Below are positions 10,607 through 20,514 of a stretch of DNA of 64,000 nt, piece by piece. How positions within the stretch are numbered: the first letter of the stretch is position 1; every line of letters begins with the position of its first letter. Where the stretch lies: positions 35,578 to 99,577 of IMG/VR virus record IMGVR_UViG_3300046002_004363; one strand, 5' to 3'. The position numbers were made by a program, and so were the translations under genes. The notes below the pieces were generated by a model that was not told where the DNA came from, did not search any database, and saw only the letters and a program-made list of their open reading frames with translations. The DNA is from a virus.

Positions 10607-11801
10607 CGTTTAAAAAATTTGATATTGATTCAGATATTGTTCCATCACATAATTCTACTCCATTTGTAATTACGTCTGGATATAGAGTAACTTTTACATC
10701 TATAGGTCTTTCCCCAATAGTAGTGCTAAGAGAAGAAAAATTAAATGGAAACGTAATATAGTTACTAGTTAATGAAACATTTGTATTATATATATCTGTT
10801 CTTGTTTTCTTAATTTCAGCACCTGATTCAAACTCAATAAATACCGAAGCAACCTTAACATTGCTTGTTGTATTCTTGAATATAGGATCATTAAACTTTA
10901 CTCTTATAGAGTTTATTGGACTTGTAACATCATATACATAGTTTTGACCGTCTGAAAAATAAGTGGTATTTGTTAATGAATCTCTAAGCTCAATATGATT
11001 TGCATACGGTCTATTGTAGTATTGCGAGTTAATTGTATATACACCATCGCTTGATTCAATAGATATGTTATCTCCATCTGCTAATTCTTGAATTTCAATA
11101 GTAGGTATGTCTGATAAATAAGCAATCGTACCAGATGCATTTTGGAATGTAGCTGTTCTTGCAGTTGTTAGACCTGCTGGTTTTTGAATTGAGAATTTAT
11201 CGTTTGTAGAGTTATTGTTTCTTAATGTAATGTATCCACTTCCAGCTTCAAGTATATTATTTAGTTGACGGTTTTGAAATATGAAAGTGTCTTTATCTGT
11301 AAATATCTTACCGTAACTAGTATTTGTTTCATCATACAAGAATAAAGAACCTATTTTTGCGTCTTCCTGAGATACATTTCCTTGATTCAATACGTTATCT
11401 AAATCTTGTAGATTTGCATTAATTATAGATGTAATATCTATTTCTGTAAAATCACCTGATACAACTTGAGTTTCATCAACGCCATAAGTATCGTTATTTT
11501 TTCTAAATATAAATGTTCTTCCATTTAAAATTAAGAATACAATCTCATAATGTAATACAATAATTGGAGTTTCTGAATTGTTGAAATAATCCTCAGGAGT
11601 TGTTTCCTCTGAATCATTATCTACAATTGTAGTTATCTTTAGATTACCTCCAGTCTCTGGATCTAACCCACTTACTATGTATTGTCTTAATGCTGATACT
11701 TGATAATTCTTTGTTTGGTCAAAGTTATCGTTATCACTTCCAATTATAATATCGTTATCTGATATTAAGTTATCTATTGTGTATGTCTTTATTCTTGCCA
11801 T
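10593..11801 (-). CDS. Tail fibre / virion structural protein
   Basis: MARIKTY...IIGSD...TKNY head motif; LQDLDNVL and SGTIAYLSDI fibre-type motifs. Confidence 0.6.
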   Translation of the reverse strand: MARIKTYTIDNLISDNDIIIGSDNDNFDQTKNYQVSALRQYIVSGLDPETGGNLKITTIVDNDSEETTPEDYFNNSETPIIVLHYEIVFLILNGRTFIFRKNNDTYGVDETQVVSGDFTEIDITSIINANLQDLDNVLNQGNVSQEDAKIGSLFLYDETNTSYGKIFTDKDTFIFQNRQLNNILEAGSGYITLRNNNSTNDKFSIQKPAGLTTARTATFQNASGTIAYLSDIPTIEIQELADGDNISIESSDGVYTINSQYYNRPYANHIELRDSLTNTTYFSDGQNYVYDVTSPINSIRVKFNDPIFKNTTSNVKVASVFIEFESGAEIKKTRTDIYNTNVSLTSNYITFPFNFSSLSTTIGERPIDVKVTLYPDVITNGVELCDGTISESISNFLNDDLF

Positions 11802-11808
11802 AGTTACT

Positions 11809-12273
11809 TTATTCTTTTATTTCAAAATGCATCCAATCGTAATTCTTCTCTCTACCTAACGATATAAATCCGTGTTTATAAAATATATCAATCATAGGTT
11901 TATATTCTGGTCTAGCAAATCTTGCTGTTTTTGACGTTTCTTTTAATTGGTTTCTACCAGGATCTAAATCAATCGAAATTCCCCAAGAATGAGTACTCCA
12001 GTCATCACCACCTCTCATCTTTCTAAAGTTAAAACAACCTCCAAATAAATCAATACCAAGATCAACTATTTTATTATAGCCATAAACTCTATGTATTTCA
12101 TTAAATACAGCAAGGAATCTAGCGCCAACTAATTTATGGCATCTCATTTTAGTAACCTTTGTATCTGTATCCCAAGCTAATCGCATAGGGTACGGAAGAT
12201 TAATAGTCATAAGATAACCTTCACCAGTTACATTAGGTTTTCCGTATTTAGAAATTATCTCCTTTGTTGTCAT
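11809..12273 (-). CDS. Endolysin, M15-family peptidase
   Basis: R...WSTHSWGISIDLD...DWMHFE zinc-peptidase motifs. Confidence 0.85.
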   Translation of the reverse strand: MTTKEIISKYGKPNVTGEGYLMTINLPYPMRLAWDTDTKVTKMRCHKLVGARFLAVFNEIHRVYGYNKIVDLGIDLFGGCFNFRKMRGGDDWSTHSWGISIDLDPGRNQLKETSKTARFARPEYKPMIDIFYKHGFISLGREKNYDWMHFEIKE

Positions 12274-12427
12274 TCTTTTTATTCTTTAATAATTCTATGG
12301 TCTTCAATATGGTATAAATAATAGATACGCATAAAAGGAATATCTTTAATGTAGCTTCTACATTAGAAAAACTTACAGCCATAGCAAGCGAATTTAGTCC
12401 GTATATCTTCAAATCGTTAAGTGACAT
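12248..12427 (-). CDS. Holin-like membrane protein (59 aa, not in ORF track)
   Basis: MSLNDLKIYGLNSLAMAVSFSNVEATLKIFLLCVSIIYTILK...; hydrophobic core with charged tail; overlaps endolysin start. Confidence 0.6.
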   Translation of the reverse strand: MSLNDLKIYGLNSLAMAVSFSNVEATLKIFLLCVSIIYTILKTIELLKNKKNDNKGDNF

Positions 12428-12623
12428 TATTGTTCTTTGCTTTAATTAAACGTTCTGCTATATTTGTAGCGCCTTCTACAGCTATATACATTGTAGCTAC
12501 TATAGTCCAATTATCTGAATCAACCTTACTAAAGAATAATGCAATTGAAGCAACAATAAATACTGTTAACTTTCTGCTTATCCATTTATTTAAGTAAAGG
12601 TCTATTTTTTCTTTTCTACTCAT
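12417..12623 (-). CDS. Holin-like protein
   Basis: SRKL followed by two TM segments, upstream of endolysin. Confidence 0.6.
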   Translation of the reverse strand: MSRKEKIDLYLNKWISRKLTVFIVASIALFFSKVDSDNWTIVATMYIAVEGATNIAERLIKAKNNNVT

Positions 12624-12819
12624 CTATACAAGGCGTATATTCAATCCTTTCTAACTCATTTAATTGGTCGTGAATTGGCTGAAATGGTTCGTATGTAAGT
12701 GCGTCAAGACCTATAAACCATTTATCTGCCCCATCTTTTATAAACTCTAACCTGCAAACACCATTTGTGTAACCATTTAAAGCATTGTATTGTTCTGTAT
12801 TTGGATGTAAAACTATCAT
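12616..12819 (-). CDS. Hypothetical protein (possible fibre assembly factor)
   Basis: Short ORF following a fibre-like gene. Confidence 0.45.
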   Translation of the reverse strand: MIVLHPNTEQYNALNGYTNGVCRLEFIKDGADKWFIGLDALTYEPFQPIHDQLNELERIEYTPCIDE

Positions 12820-12820
12820 A

Positions 12821-13621
12821 TTAAACTAAATTTGTCATATAAGTATTAATTGCATTGTATAAATTTGTGTTCAAAGTTGCATCACCTCCAGAAGTGACTA
12901 AAGAAGCTCCCATTCCATAAACGGAAATTGTGTGAGTTCCGTAAGTTGTTAATGACCTAAAAACTAATTGAGGTGTTGTAGTTAATGCTGAACTATTACT
13001 AGTTCCACTTACACTTAAATTTGTATTTTGAAAGACTCTTATTTGATTACTTGCAGGTCTGTTAATTGATTTCAAACCCGTTCCTGATAAAGCACCAATA
13101 GCATTACTTGTTGTTCCATTGTTGATGTTTTGAGGTAAAACTGCATCAAAAGTAAATCTATTCGATAAACTACCGCTCACACCATCGATAGTTCCTGTAC
13201 CAGCAGTGTGTACCCAAGCAAATCTACTCGCATCACTTAGTTTATATTCTACCCCATTAGTTGAAGGAATAAAGTTTGTTGAAATAGAACCAGTGCTAGT
13301 ATTAGTAAATCCATTATTTGTAGCAAAAGTTAATGGATTGTTTAATGTAGATTGATATAATGTGGGAGTTTTCCAATTCAATGAAGCAAACGCATTTGTA
13401 GCACCCGTCCCAGTCGCAAAAACATAAAACACATCAAGTTTATCCCAAATGCCTCCTGCTTTTAAATCTAAAACTAACTGATTTTGTACAATTTGTTGTG
13501 CAGATGAAGGTATTGGATATCCAAGACTAGTAGCTCTATCTAATACAGCTTTGTAAGATGTGTCGTATTTAATACCAGAAGACCTATTAGCTCCTATTGC
13601 ATTTGCTATTGCTATAAACAT
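12821..13621 (-). CDS. Virion fibre/receptor-binding-like protein
   Basis: S/T/G/N-rich; LVLDLKAGGIWDKLD motif common in phage structural lectin-like proteins. Confidence 0.55.
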   Translation of the reverse strand: MFIAIANAIGANRSSGIKYDTSYKAVLDRATSLGYPIPSSAQQIVQNQLVLDLKAGGIWDKLDVFYVFATGTGATNAFASLNWKTPTLYQSTLNNPLTFATNNGFTNTSTGSISTNFIPSTNGVEYKLSDASRFAWVHTAGTGTIDGVSGSLSNRFTFDAVLPQNINNGTTSNAIGALSGTGLKSINRPASNQIRVFQNTNLSVSGTSNSSALTTTPQLVFRSLTTYGTHTISVYGMGASLVTSGGDATLNTNLYNAINTYMTNLV

Positions 13622-13622
13622 A

Positions 13623-13889
13623 TTACCAAAGAGCTATGATGTTAGATGCTGTTGTTCCTGTTGAATAAACCCTAACTACCTGCACTGGTAAGAAACTACC
13701 ATCTTGGAAGTTTGTAAAAGTTACTTCATCTCCTCCGACAGTCAATACTTTTAAATTACCTTTCGTACCAACGTAAAGCACACAGCCTCTATTCGGTGTT
13801 CCTGCTTCTGAAGATAATGATGGAATATTAGCTGTATTACTTGGTGTTACAGCAGCAGCTCTATTTGCTTGTAATTTTTGATATGACAT
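13623..13889 (-). CDS. Small virion structural protein
   Basis: AVTPS...LYVG..G.L.V...G.FLPVQV.RV..TGTTA..I.AL conserved pattern. Confidence 0.6.
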   Translation of the reverse strand: MSYQKLQANRAAAVTPSNTANIPSLSSEAGTPNRGCVLYVGTKGNLKVLTVGGDEVTFTNFQDGSFLPVQVVRVYSTGTTASNIIALW

Positions 13890-13915
13890 TTTATTTTATA
13901 TTTTTAAGTTATTAT

Positions 13916-14188
13916 TTACCATTTTTCTTTGTCAGCCCAATATGCAGCAGACATTTTTCCTTTCGCTATATTCTTTCCGTGTCTTGCTTTAAATGAAGCT
14001 CTTTTCTTCTTCATCTTATCGCTTTCTCCTGCTTTAGGTTTTCCTGCTGTCTTAGCTCCTTGCTCTCCAAATCTAATTATCTTCTCTTTCCCTCCTTCGC
14101 AAGCCTTTACTATATGACTTTTCTTAGGGTGAGATGGTGTACGTTTTGCAACATTACATTTCATCTCAGACTTATTTACCTTTAGCAT
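13916..14188 (-). CDS. Small basic protein
   Basis: K-rich; IIRFGEQG...RASFKARH...SAAYWA; promoter at 14220-14227. Confidence 0.65.
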   Translation of the reverse strand: MLKVNKSEMKCNVAKRTPSHPKKSHIVKACEGGKEKIIRFGEQGAKTAGKPKAGESDKMKKKRASFKARHGKNIAKGKMSAAYWADKEKW

Positions 14189-14219
14189 AGTTAATTATAA
14201 TATTTTTAATAAATCTCTG

Positions 14220-14251
14220 CAAAGATACGAAATAAAAAAAGTGTATATTTG
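14220..14251. promoter_or_regulatory. Back-to-back divergent -7 promoter elements
   Basis: TATCTTTG on minus (14220-14227) and TATATTTG on plus (14244-14251). Confidence 0.7.
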
Positions 14252-14274
14252 CAATATAAAAAATCAAATTTATT

Positions 14275-15837
14275 ATGGTTATAAAAGAAGTTAAATTTAA
14301 TCAAGAAGCAAAAGAGCCTTTAATTAAAGGTATCTCAACAGTTTGTGATGCAGTTGCTACAACTATGGGATATAGAGGTAGAACAGTATTAATTGAGAGT
14401 CCAGGAGGGCTTCCAATCGTAACAAAGGATGGTGTATCGGTAGCGGAAAGTATTTTCCTTGAAGATGCAACAGAAAGTTTAGGTTGTGAGTTTGTAAAGC
14501 AAGCTTGTAGAAAAACAGTTAATGAAGCAGGTGATGGTACAACTGGCACAGCCGTACTTACAAAGGCTATTATAGACAATAGTCAGAAGTATTTAAAGAA
14601 GGGTGAGTCGGCAATTGATTTAAAGAATGGTATTGACTTTGCTGTAAAGGAAGTTGTTGAGTACATCAAGAGTACATCTAAAGAAGTTGACGATTCGTAC
14701 TTGTTTGATGTGGCAAGAATATCAGCAAACAATGATTCTGAATTAGGGGAGATAATTGCAAAAGCCTTTATATCTGCTGGAAAGAATGGTGTTGTATCTT
14801 ACGAGCAATCAGAAAGTTCAGAAACCTATTTAGACTTTATTGATGGTATGCCAATCGCAAGAGGGTATGAATTTGAGGGGTTTGTAAATAAACCAGAAAA
14901 TAGATCAATCGAATTCAATAATAACCCCCTTATCTTACTATCAAACAGAAGATTTCAGAACATTACAGAATTACTACCTGTTATAGAGTTTTGTCACCAC
15001 GCAAAGAAAGAGCTACTTATCATCTCTGAAATGGAGTTTGAGGTTATGAAGGTTTTGTATGCTAATAAAAAGAATGGTCTTAAGGTAGCTACTATTATAC
15101 CGCCAAGTATAGGAGAGAAGCGTAGAGATTATTTAACAGATATTTCTTTAGCAACAGGTGGTTTAATTATTGATTTAGACACCTCTACAAATATTGAAGG
15201 GTATGATATGAATGAACTACTTGGTAAATGTAGTCGATTGACTGTAACTAAAGATGACACTGTATTATTCTTTAATGAAAAACCTAATGCAGATAGGGTT
15301 CAATCAAAGATTGAAGAGTTAAATAAAGTAATCAAGAACTCAAACAATAATTTAGAAAAGGAATACCTGAGAGACCGTATATCAAAATTAGCTTGTGGTG
15401 TTTCTGTAATTAAGGTTGGAGGAACAACTGAGGTAGAGATTAAGGAGAAGATTGATAGGGTTGACGATGCAATTAATGCAGTTAAGAGTGCAATAGCTGA
15501 AGGTGTGGTTGTAGGAGGTGGTTTAGCGCTATATAACGCCTCTTTAAAGCTTGTTCCTGTATCGAAAGGATATAAGTGTCTTCTTGAGTCAATTCAAGCT
15601 CCTATTCGCACTATTTTAAGTAATGCAGGTATTAAGTTAGATTCAATTGAAATGAACTTACTAACATATCAAGATAACTATGGATACGATGTTAAGGATT
15701 ACGAAATTGTAGATATGTTTGAGAAAGGAATTATAGATCCTTCAAAGGTAATTAGATTAGCCTTAGAGAATGCTGCAAGTGTAGCTACAACAGTTTTATT
15801 AACCAATACGACAATAACACATAAAAGAAGTAACTAA
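14275..15837 (+). CDS. groEL: Phage chaperonin GroEL
   Basis: TKDGVSVA, AGDGTT, GVSVIKVGG.TEVE.KE, GVVVGGG and GIIDP motifs. Confidence 0.95.
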   Translation: MVIKEVKFNQEAKEPLIKGISTVCDAVATTMGYRGRTVLIESPGGLPIVTKDGVSVAESIFLEDATESLGCEFVKQACRKTVNEAGDGTTGTAVLTKAIIDNSQKYLKKGESAIDLKNGIDFAVKEVVEYIKSTSKEVDDSYLFDVARISANNDSELGEIIAKAFISAGKNGVVSYEQSESSETYLDFIDGMPIARGYEFEGFVNKPENRSIEFNNNPLILLSNRRFQNITELLPVIEFCHHAKKELLIISEMEFEVMKVLYANKKNGLKVATIIPPSIGEKRRDYLTDISLATGGLIIDLDTSTNIEGYDMNELLGKCSRLTVTKDDTVLFFNEKPNADRVQSKIEELNKVIKNSNNNLEKEYLRDRISKLACGVSVIKVGGTTEVEIKEKIDRVDDAINAVKSAIAEGVVVGGGLALYNASLKLVPVSKGYKCLLESIQAPIRTILSNAGIKLDSIEMNLLTYQDNYGYDVKDYEIVDMFEKGIIDPSKVIRLALENAASVATTVLLTNTTITHKRSN

Positions 15838-16088
15838 TGAAGGTAGTATTAAGTAACATTTTAGTTAAGGAGATTAAGGAAGACGTGAAGACAAGTAGCG
15901 GTCTTTATTTAGGAGATGGTCAAGACATTAAGTTTCACAGAGGTGAAGTAATTGAGATTGGAGAGAATGTAGATAAGGTCAATGTTGGAGAGACCATTTG
16001 GTTTGATAGACACAGAACATACCCAATTAACTATCAAGGAATCGAGTACTTGGTTATGGGATATGAGAATGTAGTGATTGTAGAATAG
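15837..16088 (+). CDS. groES: Co-chaperonin GroES
   Basis: KTSSGLYL mobile loop, GEVIEIG, VNVGETI; coupled to groEL. Confidence 0.85.
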   Translation: MKVVLSNILVKEIKEDVKTSSGLYLGDGQDIKFHRGEVIEIGENVDKVNVGETIWFDRHRTYPINYQGIEYLVMGYENVVIVE

Positions 16089-16125
16089 GTATAGGCGCAA
16101 CAACTTCCATTTTCAATAGAACGCA

Positions 16126-16158
16126 AAAAAAGAGAGGGTTTAATCACCCTCTCTTATT
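16126..16158. terminator. Bidirectional terminator
   Basis: AAAAAAGAGAGGGT-ttaatc-ACCCTCTCTT at a convergent junction. Confidence 0.75.
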
Positions 16159-16832
16159 ATTTCATCCTCTAAGTGATTTCCTAAACCACCATTTAAAATT
16201 TCATTCCTCTTCTTATTATACTCAACCATAAGTTTTGCAATCCTCTTATCCTTGTAGCTTGTCTCGTAGCTATTAAAGAATTTATTACTTGAAGAGTATT
16301 CGCTAATTTCTTCTTGCATAGTTAGTTTCTTGTATATACTAGAAACCCTTCTATTTGCCTTTATGGTTAATCTATATAATCTGTTTCCTGCAACCTTAAT
16401 CATTGTATTACCAGGAAGAGCCTCTATCAATCCTAAATCAATAAATCTCTTTATGCTCTTATTTTTTTGAAGCATTGCAGAGTTATATACATCAAACTCC
16501 TTCTTTGAGAATAGTGGTTCTGAGTAAAAGTACATAAGCATCTCTATTTCATCAATGGTTAAATCATACATTACAGAAGCCCATCTCTTTACAATACCAT
16601 AAAACTTCATAAAGTCAAACTCCCTATTACAAGAAATAACCTTTATAACCTTCTTCTTGAGTGGTCTTTTCTTTGACCTCTCATACTTCCGCTTCATTGG
16701 TCTATACTTCTTTGCTTTATGTATAGTACTATCTGCAATTGGTTTTATTAAGAAACTATTGATTTCAGACAAGACTTTCTCTTCCTTGAGTGTTTTTTCA
16801 TTCTGCTCTAAAAAGTCCTTAAAATCGCTCAT
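16140..16832 (-). CDS. Hypothetical protein, possible winged-helix DNA-binding protein
   Basis: Basic; RFIDLGLIE...LYRLT wing-like motif. Confidence 0.5.
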   Translation of the reverse strand: MSDFKDFLEQNEKTLKEEKVLSEINSFLIKPIADSTIHKAKKYRPMKRKYERSKKRPLKKKVIKVISCNREFDFMKFYGIVKRWASVMYDLTIDEIEMLMYFYSEPLFSKKEFDVYNSAMLQKNKSIKRFIDLGLIEALPGNTMIKVAGNRLYRLTIKANRRVSSIYKKLTMQEEISEYSSSNKFFNSYETSYKDKRIAKLMVEYNKKRNEILNGGLGNHLEDEIIREGD

Positions 16833-16835
16833 AAA

Positions 16836-17114
16836 TTATTTCTTTTTGCCTCTTGCTCGGACATCGCCTGGTGCATCTTTTTTACTTCCCCTATTAACTG
16901 ATTGTGGTTTTAATACCATACCATTCTTTGTGTGGCTTTGGTCTTTTCCATCACCAACACTACTTGTTCCGTTTTTATGGCTCTTTCTATTTGCTTTATT
17001 CAATTCAACCCTCTTCTTAACCTGTTCAGGTTTTTTATTGTACTCTTTTTGGTACTCATCCTTTTTTGCTTTAGCCTTAGGATTGTCTTTATAATACTTA
17101 GCAGTTTCTTTCAT
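16836..17114 (-). CDS. Small basic protein (degenerate HNH-like)
   Basis: K-rich; GDGKDQSH...NRG motif. Confidence 0.5.
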   Translation of the reverse strand: MKETAKYYKDNPKAKAKKDEYQKEYNKKPEQVKKRVELNKANRKSHKNGTSSVGDGKDQSHTKNGMVLKPQSVNRGSKKDAPGDVRARGKKK

Positions 17115-17493
17115 ATTTCTTCATTTCGTTTAATAATTCGTATCTTTCTCTTGTAATTAATTCATCTTCAATCAGTTGCTCCGCTTCATCAAGTCTGCCT
17201 TCGTATACTAGATCATCTAACTCATCAGAGAATACAATTGAGTTTGATTCTAATAGCACATCACCTCTCCTGTCGTATATAATATCCTCTTCTTGATTAC
17301 ACACAATAGAGGCTATAATTGATATTGGTATTGAAGTTGACATATAGTCGTCTTTATCTACGTCATATAATTGGTCTATTGAATCGTAAATCATTCTAGC
17401 TAATTCATAGTTGTTATCTTCGTCTATAAAGTTATCTACTCGATTAAACAATTCTACATTTATTGCAGTAAATTCTGGGCTGTTGCTTTCCAT
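17098..17493 (-). CDS. Acidic hypothetical protein
   Basis: Co-oriented overlapping ORF in operon. Confidence 0.55.
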   Translation of the reverse strand: MESNSPEFTAINVELFNRVDNFIDEDNNYELARMIYDSIDQLYDVDKDDYMSTSIPISIIASIVCNQEEDIIYDRRGDVLLESNSIVFSDELDDLVYEGRLDEAEQLIEDELITRERYELLNEMKKYERNC

Positions 17494-17813
17494 TGATTGT
17501 CTGTTACGTTAATTACTTCTGTATATGTGCTTCTACTTATTTCTCTTAATTCTGTTTCATCATTATCAAAGTGTATATCTACTCCTTCCATATAATGTTG
17601 CTTCTTGTCTCCATCAGTGTAAATCACTTTGTTTATACCGAGTTTATCAGTTACCTTTATTAAGTCTTGATTAAGATACTTACTATGTCTTGTTGTTGTT
17701 ACAATTACGTTGTATTCACCTTCAATTAATTCCTTAGCATATTCTTGTACTGATGGTAATGATAATGTTGCGTCAAAATCAAAACTTACTGTTATATTAC
17801 TATTCTCTACCAT
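17460..17813 (-). CDS. HAD-like phosphatase
   Basis: SFDFDATL (DxD), TTR, K and HFDND motifs. Confidence 0.7.
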   Translation of the reverse strand: MVENSNITVSFDFDATLSLPSVQEYAKELIEGEYNVIVTTTRHSKYLNQDLIKVTDKLGINKVIYTDGDKKQHYMEGVDIHFDNDETELREISRSTYTEVINVTDNQWKATAQNLLQ

Positions 17814-17815
17814 AT

Positions 17816-18142
17816 CTAGTTCACATCATTAAAGTACATTTCATCATCATTCTCTTCGTACACAAAAGACCATTTAGTGTAATGATAGAACTTTGCATTT
17901 TGCAATAGACTTAATCTATCTAAAATTGCGTAATCATCAACATTAATTATATTGTCATCTATTTTGCCGAACATATCGTAGAAATCAGTACCTATCAAGA
18001 CCACTACATCAGGCATAGAATCGTCAGATTGAAAATTAACCAATATTTCCCCCTTGAATTTATTTGCTAGTAGTAATGAGAATAAAAATACATTTGGTCT
18101 CTTTATCTGTGAGTTAAAATCCTCTATAAATTTTTCAATCAT
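17816..18142 (-). CDS. Hypothetical protein
   Basis: ORF downstream of TACTTTTG promoter (18159-18166). Confidence 0.55.
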   Translation of the reverse strand: MIEKFIEDFNSQIKRPNVFLFSLLLANKFKGEILVNFQSDDSMPDVVVLIGTDFYDMFGKIDDNIINVDDYAILDRLSLLQNAKFYHYTKWSFVYEENDDEMYFNDVN

Positions 18143-18169
18143 AAGTTAAATCTTTTCACAAAAGTAATA

Positions 18170-18200
18170 AAAAAAGACCAAACAAAATGAATGGTCTTTT
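18170..18200 (-). terminator. Intrinsic terminator
   Basis: AAAAAAGACCA...TGGTCTTTT. Confidence 0.6.
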
Positions 18201-18227
18201 AATTGTAATCTGATTAAGTAATTTAAT

Positions 18228-18542
18228 CTACGATACCGCAGTTACACTGTAGCTTATCCAAGCTGTACTTGATATTCTTAAATATAATAAACCACCAGCT
18301 GTGATACTTCTGCAAACAACCTTAGTTCCTACTGGGAAAGTAGCTACTGGGTACGTTGAATTTAAAGTAGCTAATGATAATGCAGATGTAGTAGTGTTAT
18401 TTACCGTAAAATCAACACCATCAATTAAATCCTCTATCGTATAAGGTTCTGTTAAGCTATTTTGTTGAGCTGCTTTTCTCTCTGTTAGATCTGCATCAGT
18501 TGAAATACCGATAAATCTTGTTCCTGCTGGAATTGTTGCCAT
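18228..18542 (-). CDS. Structural protein, paralogue family A
   Basis: Shares MATIPxGTxFxG...DLTExK...YT/FTxEDx N-terminus with neighbouring genes. Confidence 0.65.
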   Translation of the reverse strand: MATIPAGTRFIGISTDADLTERKAAQQNSLTEPYTIEDLIDGVDFTVNNTTTSALSLATLNSTYPVATFPVGTKVVCRSITAGGLLYLRISSTAWISYSVTAVS

Positions 18543-18559
18543 AGTTTTTGTTTTATATA

Positions 18560-19315
18560 TTAATTGTAAAGTCTTAATTCAAAGTTTATTCTTCCACCAT
18601 AAGACCAACCCACAGCAGGCGTTCCACTTACCTTATAACTAGCTAGTTCGATTGTATCAAAACCTAATAATGAAGGTGTAATTACGTGATATATACTGTT
18701 TTGAAGATAATTTGATGCGCTTAGATATGGATTTGTTAGTGTAATTAATTCAGATCCTAACACGATATTTATTTTTCCTGACACCCAGCTAACTGTTACA
18801 GTTGTGCCTAAAGTGTTCTCTAAAACATTTGTAGTTACAACAGATATAGATTCTGGGATTATTTGAGCAACATAAGACTTATAAGCTAATGCTTCTCCAG
18901 AAGCTCCTTGCGGTCCTGTTGGTCCTTGCGCACCTTGTGGTCCTGTAGCTCCTTGAGAGGCTAGTAAAGCCCATTTAGTTGTAGCCACCTCTGGATTAGA
19001 GTTACCTGTACCTGTGACTGCTGAAATACAAAACCAAGATGAACCATTAAAACCTACGGCATCATCTATTGCGTATGATGTATTTGTATTCCAAGCTCCT
19101 CTCCATTCTAATCCTGCTGGTCCTACTGGTCCTGGAGGTCCTGCTGGTCCTTGAACTCCTTGAGGTCCTTGAGATCCTGCTCCGATTGTTGCTGTAATAT
19201 CCTCTAATGTAAAGTACTCTGACTTTCTATCTACCTTAGTACCTTTCTTTTCGGTTAGGTCTGTAAACGCAGGGTCTACACCTAAAAACTTTGTTCCGCT
19301 TGGAATTGTTGCCAT
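18560..19315 (-). CDS. Collagen-like fibre protein, paralogue family A
   Basis: Two Gly-X-Y tracts flanking a W...Y..DDAV..NGSSW...W carbohydrate-binding-like module. Confidence 0.75.
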   Translation of the reverse strand: MATIPSGTKFLGVDPAFTDLTEKKGTKVDRKSEYFTLEDITATIGAGSQGPQGVQGPAGPPGPVGPAGLEWRGAWNTNTSYAIDDAVGFNGSSWFCISAVTGTGNSNPEVATTKWALLASQGATGPQGAQGPTGPQGASGEALAYKSYVAQIIPESISVVTTNVLENTLGTTVTVSWVSGKINIVLGSELITLTNPYLSASNYLQNSIYHVITPSLLGFDTIELASYKVSGTPAVGWSYGGRINFELRLYN

Positions 19316-19331
19316 ATTTTATGTTTTCTTA

Positions 19332-19859
19332 TTAATTTGCTATTCTTATTTTGTTCAAATCTTTAAGCGCTTTCAGGTCTTTTGCTGTAAGTGTTTTTTT
19401 ATTCCCAGTATTAACTTTAACAAAGTTTAAATTATTACTAGCTCTATTGGCGTAATCTGTACTGTCTCTTACAAATTGTTTTCTAAACTCAGGATTAAAT
19501 TTTTCTCCAGGCTTAGTTGTTGTTTTAGCCTCGCTAACTACCTTTCCTTTTGAGTCAAAAACTCTGTCTTTTTGACCAGACTTTCCGTATTCGTACTTCT
19601 TAGGGTATTGTTTTACTTCAGCTTTACCTCCAGAGTATTTAACTCCGCTTGACTCGAATTTACCTTCTTTTACGTTTTTATCAATTTTTTTTGCGCTTTC
19701 AGTAAATTTCTTTGTGTATTCAATGTTAGGCGTAGTTGGTGTAGTAACTGTTTTCTTAGTAGTTACAATTGTCTTCTTCTCGTCTTTCTTAACCGCTGGG
19801 GTTTTAGCAGGAGTTGTTTTAGTTACCTCTTTTTTCTTTTCTTTTAAAGCTATAGCCAT
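19332..19859 (-). CDS. K/T-rich basic protein
   Basis: Low-complexity basic ORF in structural operon. Confidence 0.55.
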   Translation of the reverse strand: MAIALKEKKKEVTKTTPAKTPAVKKDEKKTIVTTKKTVTTPTTPNIEYTKKFTESAKKIDKNVKEGKFESSGVKYSGGKAEVKQYPKKYEYGKSGQKDRVFDSKGKVVSEAKTTTKPGEKFNPEFRKQFVRDSTDYANRASNNLNFVKVNTGNKKTLTAKDLKALKDLNKIRIAN

Positions 19860-19878
19860 ATCTTTATTATTTTATTTG

Positions 19879-20511
19879 TTAAAATGTTTTGCTTAATGTA
19901 AATATCTCTGAATAAATTGAATCTTCTGCATTAGCTGAACCCCATTTAGCGGTTACGTCTAGCGTGTTATTTATTGTTGTATTGAATGTATTTATAGTAC
20001 TAAAGTTAGTTCCCTCAAATGCCAATCCAGCATTTCTATTATATGAGAATATACCGCCAGACGCTACAGATCCATTACTACCAACACTTCTGACTGTAAA
20101 GTATATGTTTAGCTCCCAGTGTCTATTACTTATTGTGTCTAAATCAATTATTCCTGTATCAGCAAGTATTACAGATCCTGCCTTAATATTTAATCTTAAG
20201 GTTGCAGCTGAGTTGCAAGATATATGACCAATTAACTTTGCGTGATATGAATCCCCAACCTTAAATGCATTTGCAGGAACAGATAATGATCCAACACCAC
20301 TACCAATTAAACTACTTTCTGTAGCTGTGTTTGCTATTGGAGTGCTACTTGTTGTTTGAGCGAATAGACCTACTAGTGGATTTATATAACCATAAATATC
20401 TTGTAGCGAGTAGTATTCGGTTTTTGAATCATTAAGAGACCCTTTCTTCTCGCTTAAATCAACCTTAGAAGAATCTACACCTAAGAATCTTGTATTGGTA
20501 TCTATAGACAT
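19879..20511 (-). CDS. Structural protein, paralogue family A
   Basis: TRFLGVD...DLSEKK...EYYSLQDI N-terminus with beta-rich C-terminal domain. Confidence 0.65.
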   Translation of the reverse strand: MSIDTNTRFLGVDSSKVDLSEKKGSLNDSKTEYYSLQDIYGYINPLVGLFAQTTSSTPIANTATESSLIGSGVGSLSVPANAFKVGDSYHAKLIGHISCNSAATLRLNIKAGSVILADTGIIDLDTISNRHWELNIYFTVRSVGSNGSVASGGIFSYNRNAGLAFEGTNFSTINTFNTTINNTLDVTAKWGSANAEDSIYSEIFTLSKTF

Positions 20512-20514
20512 AAT

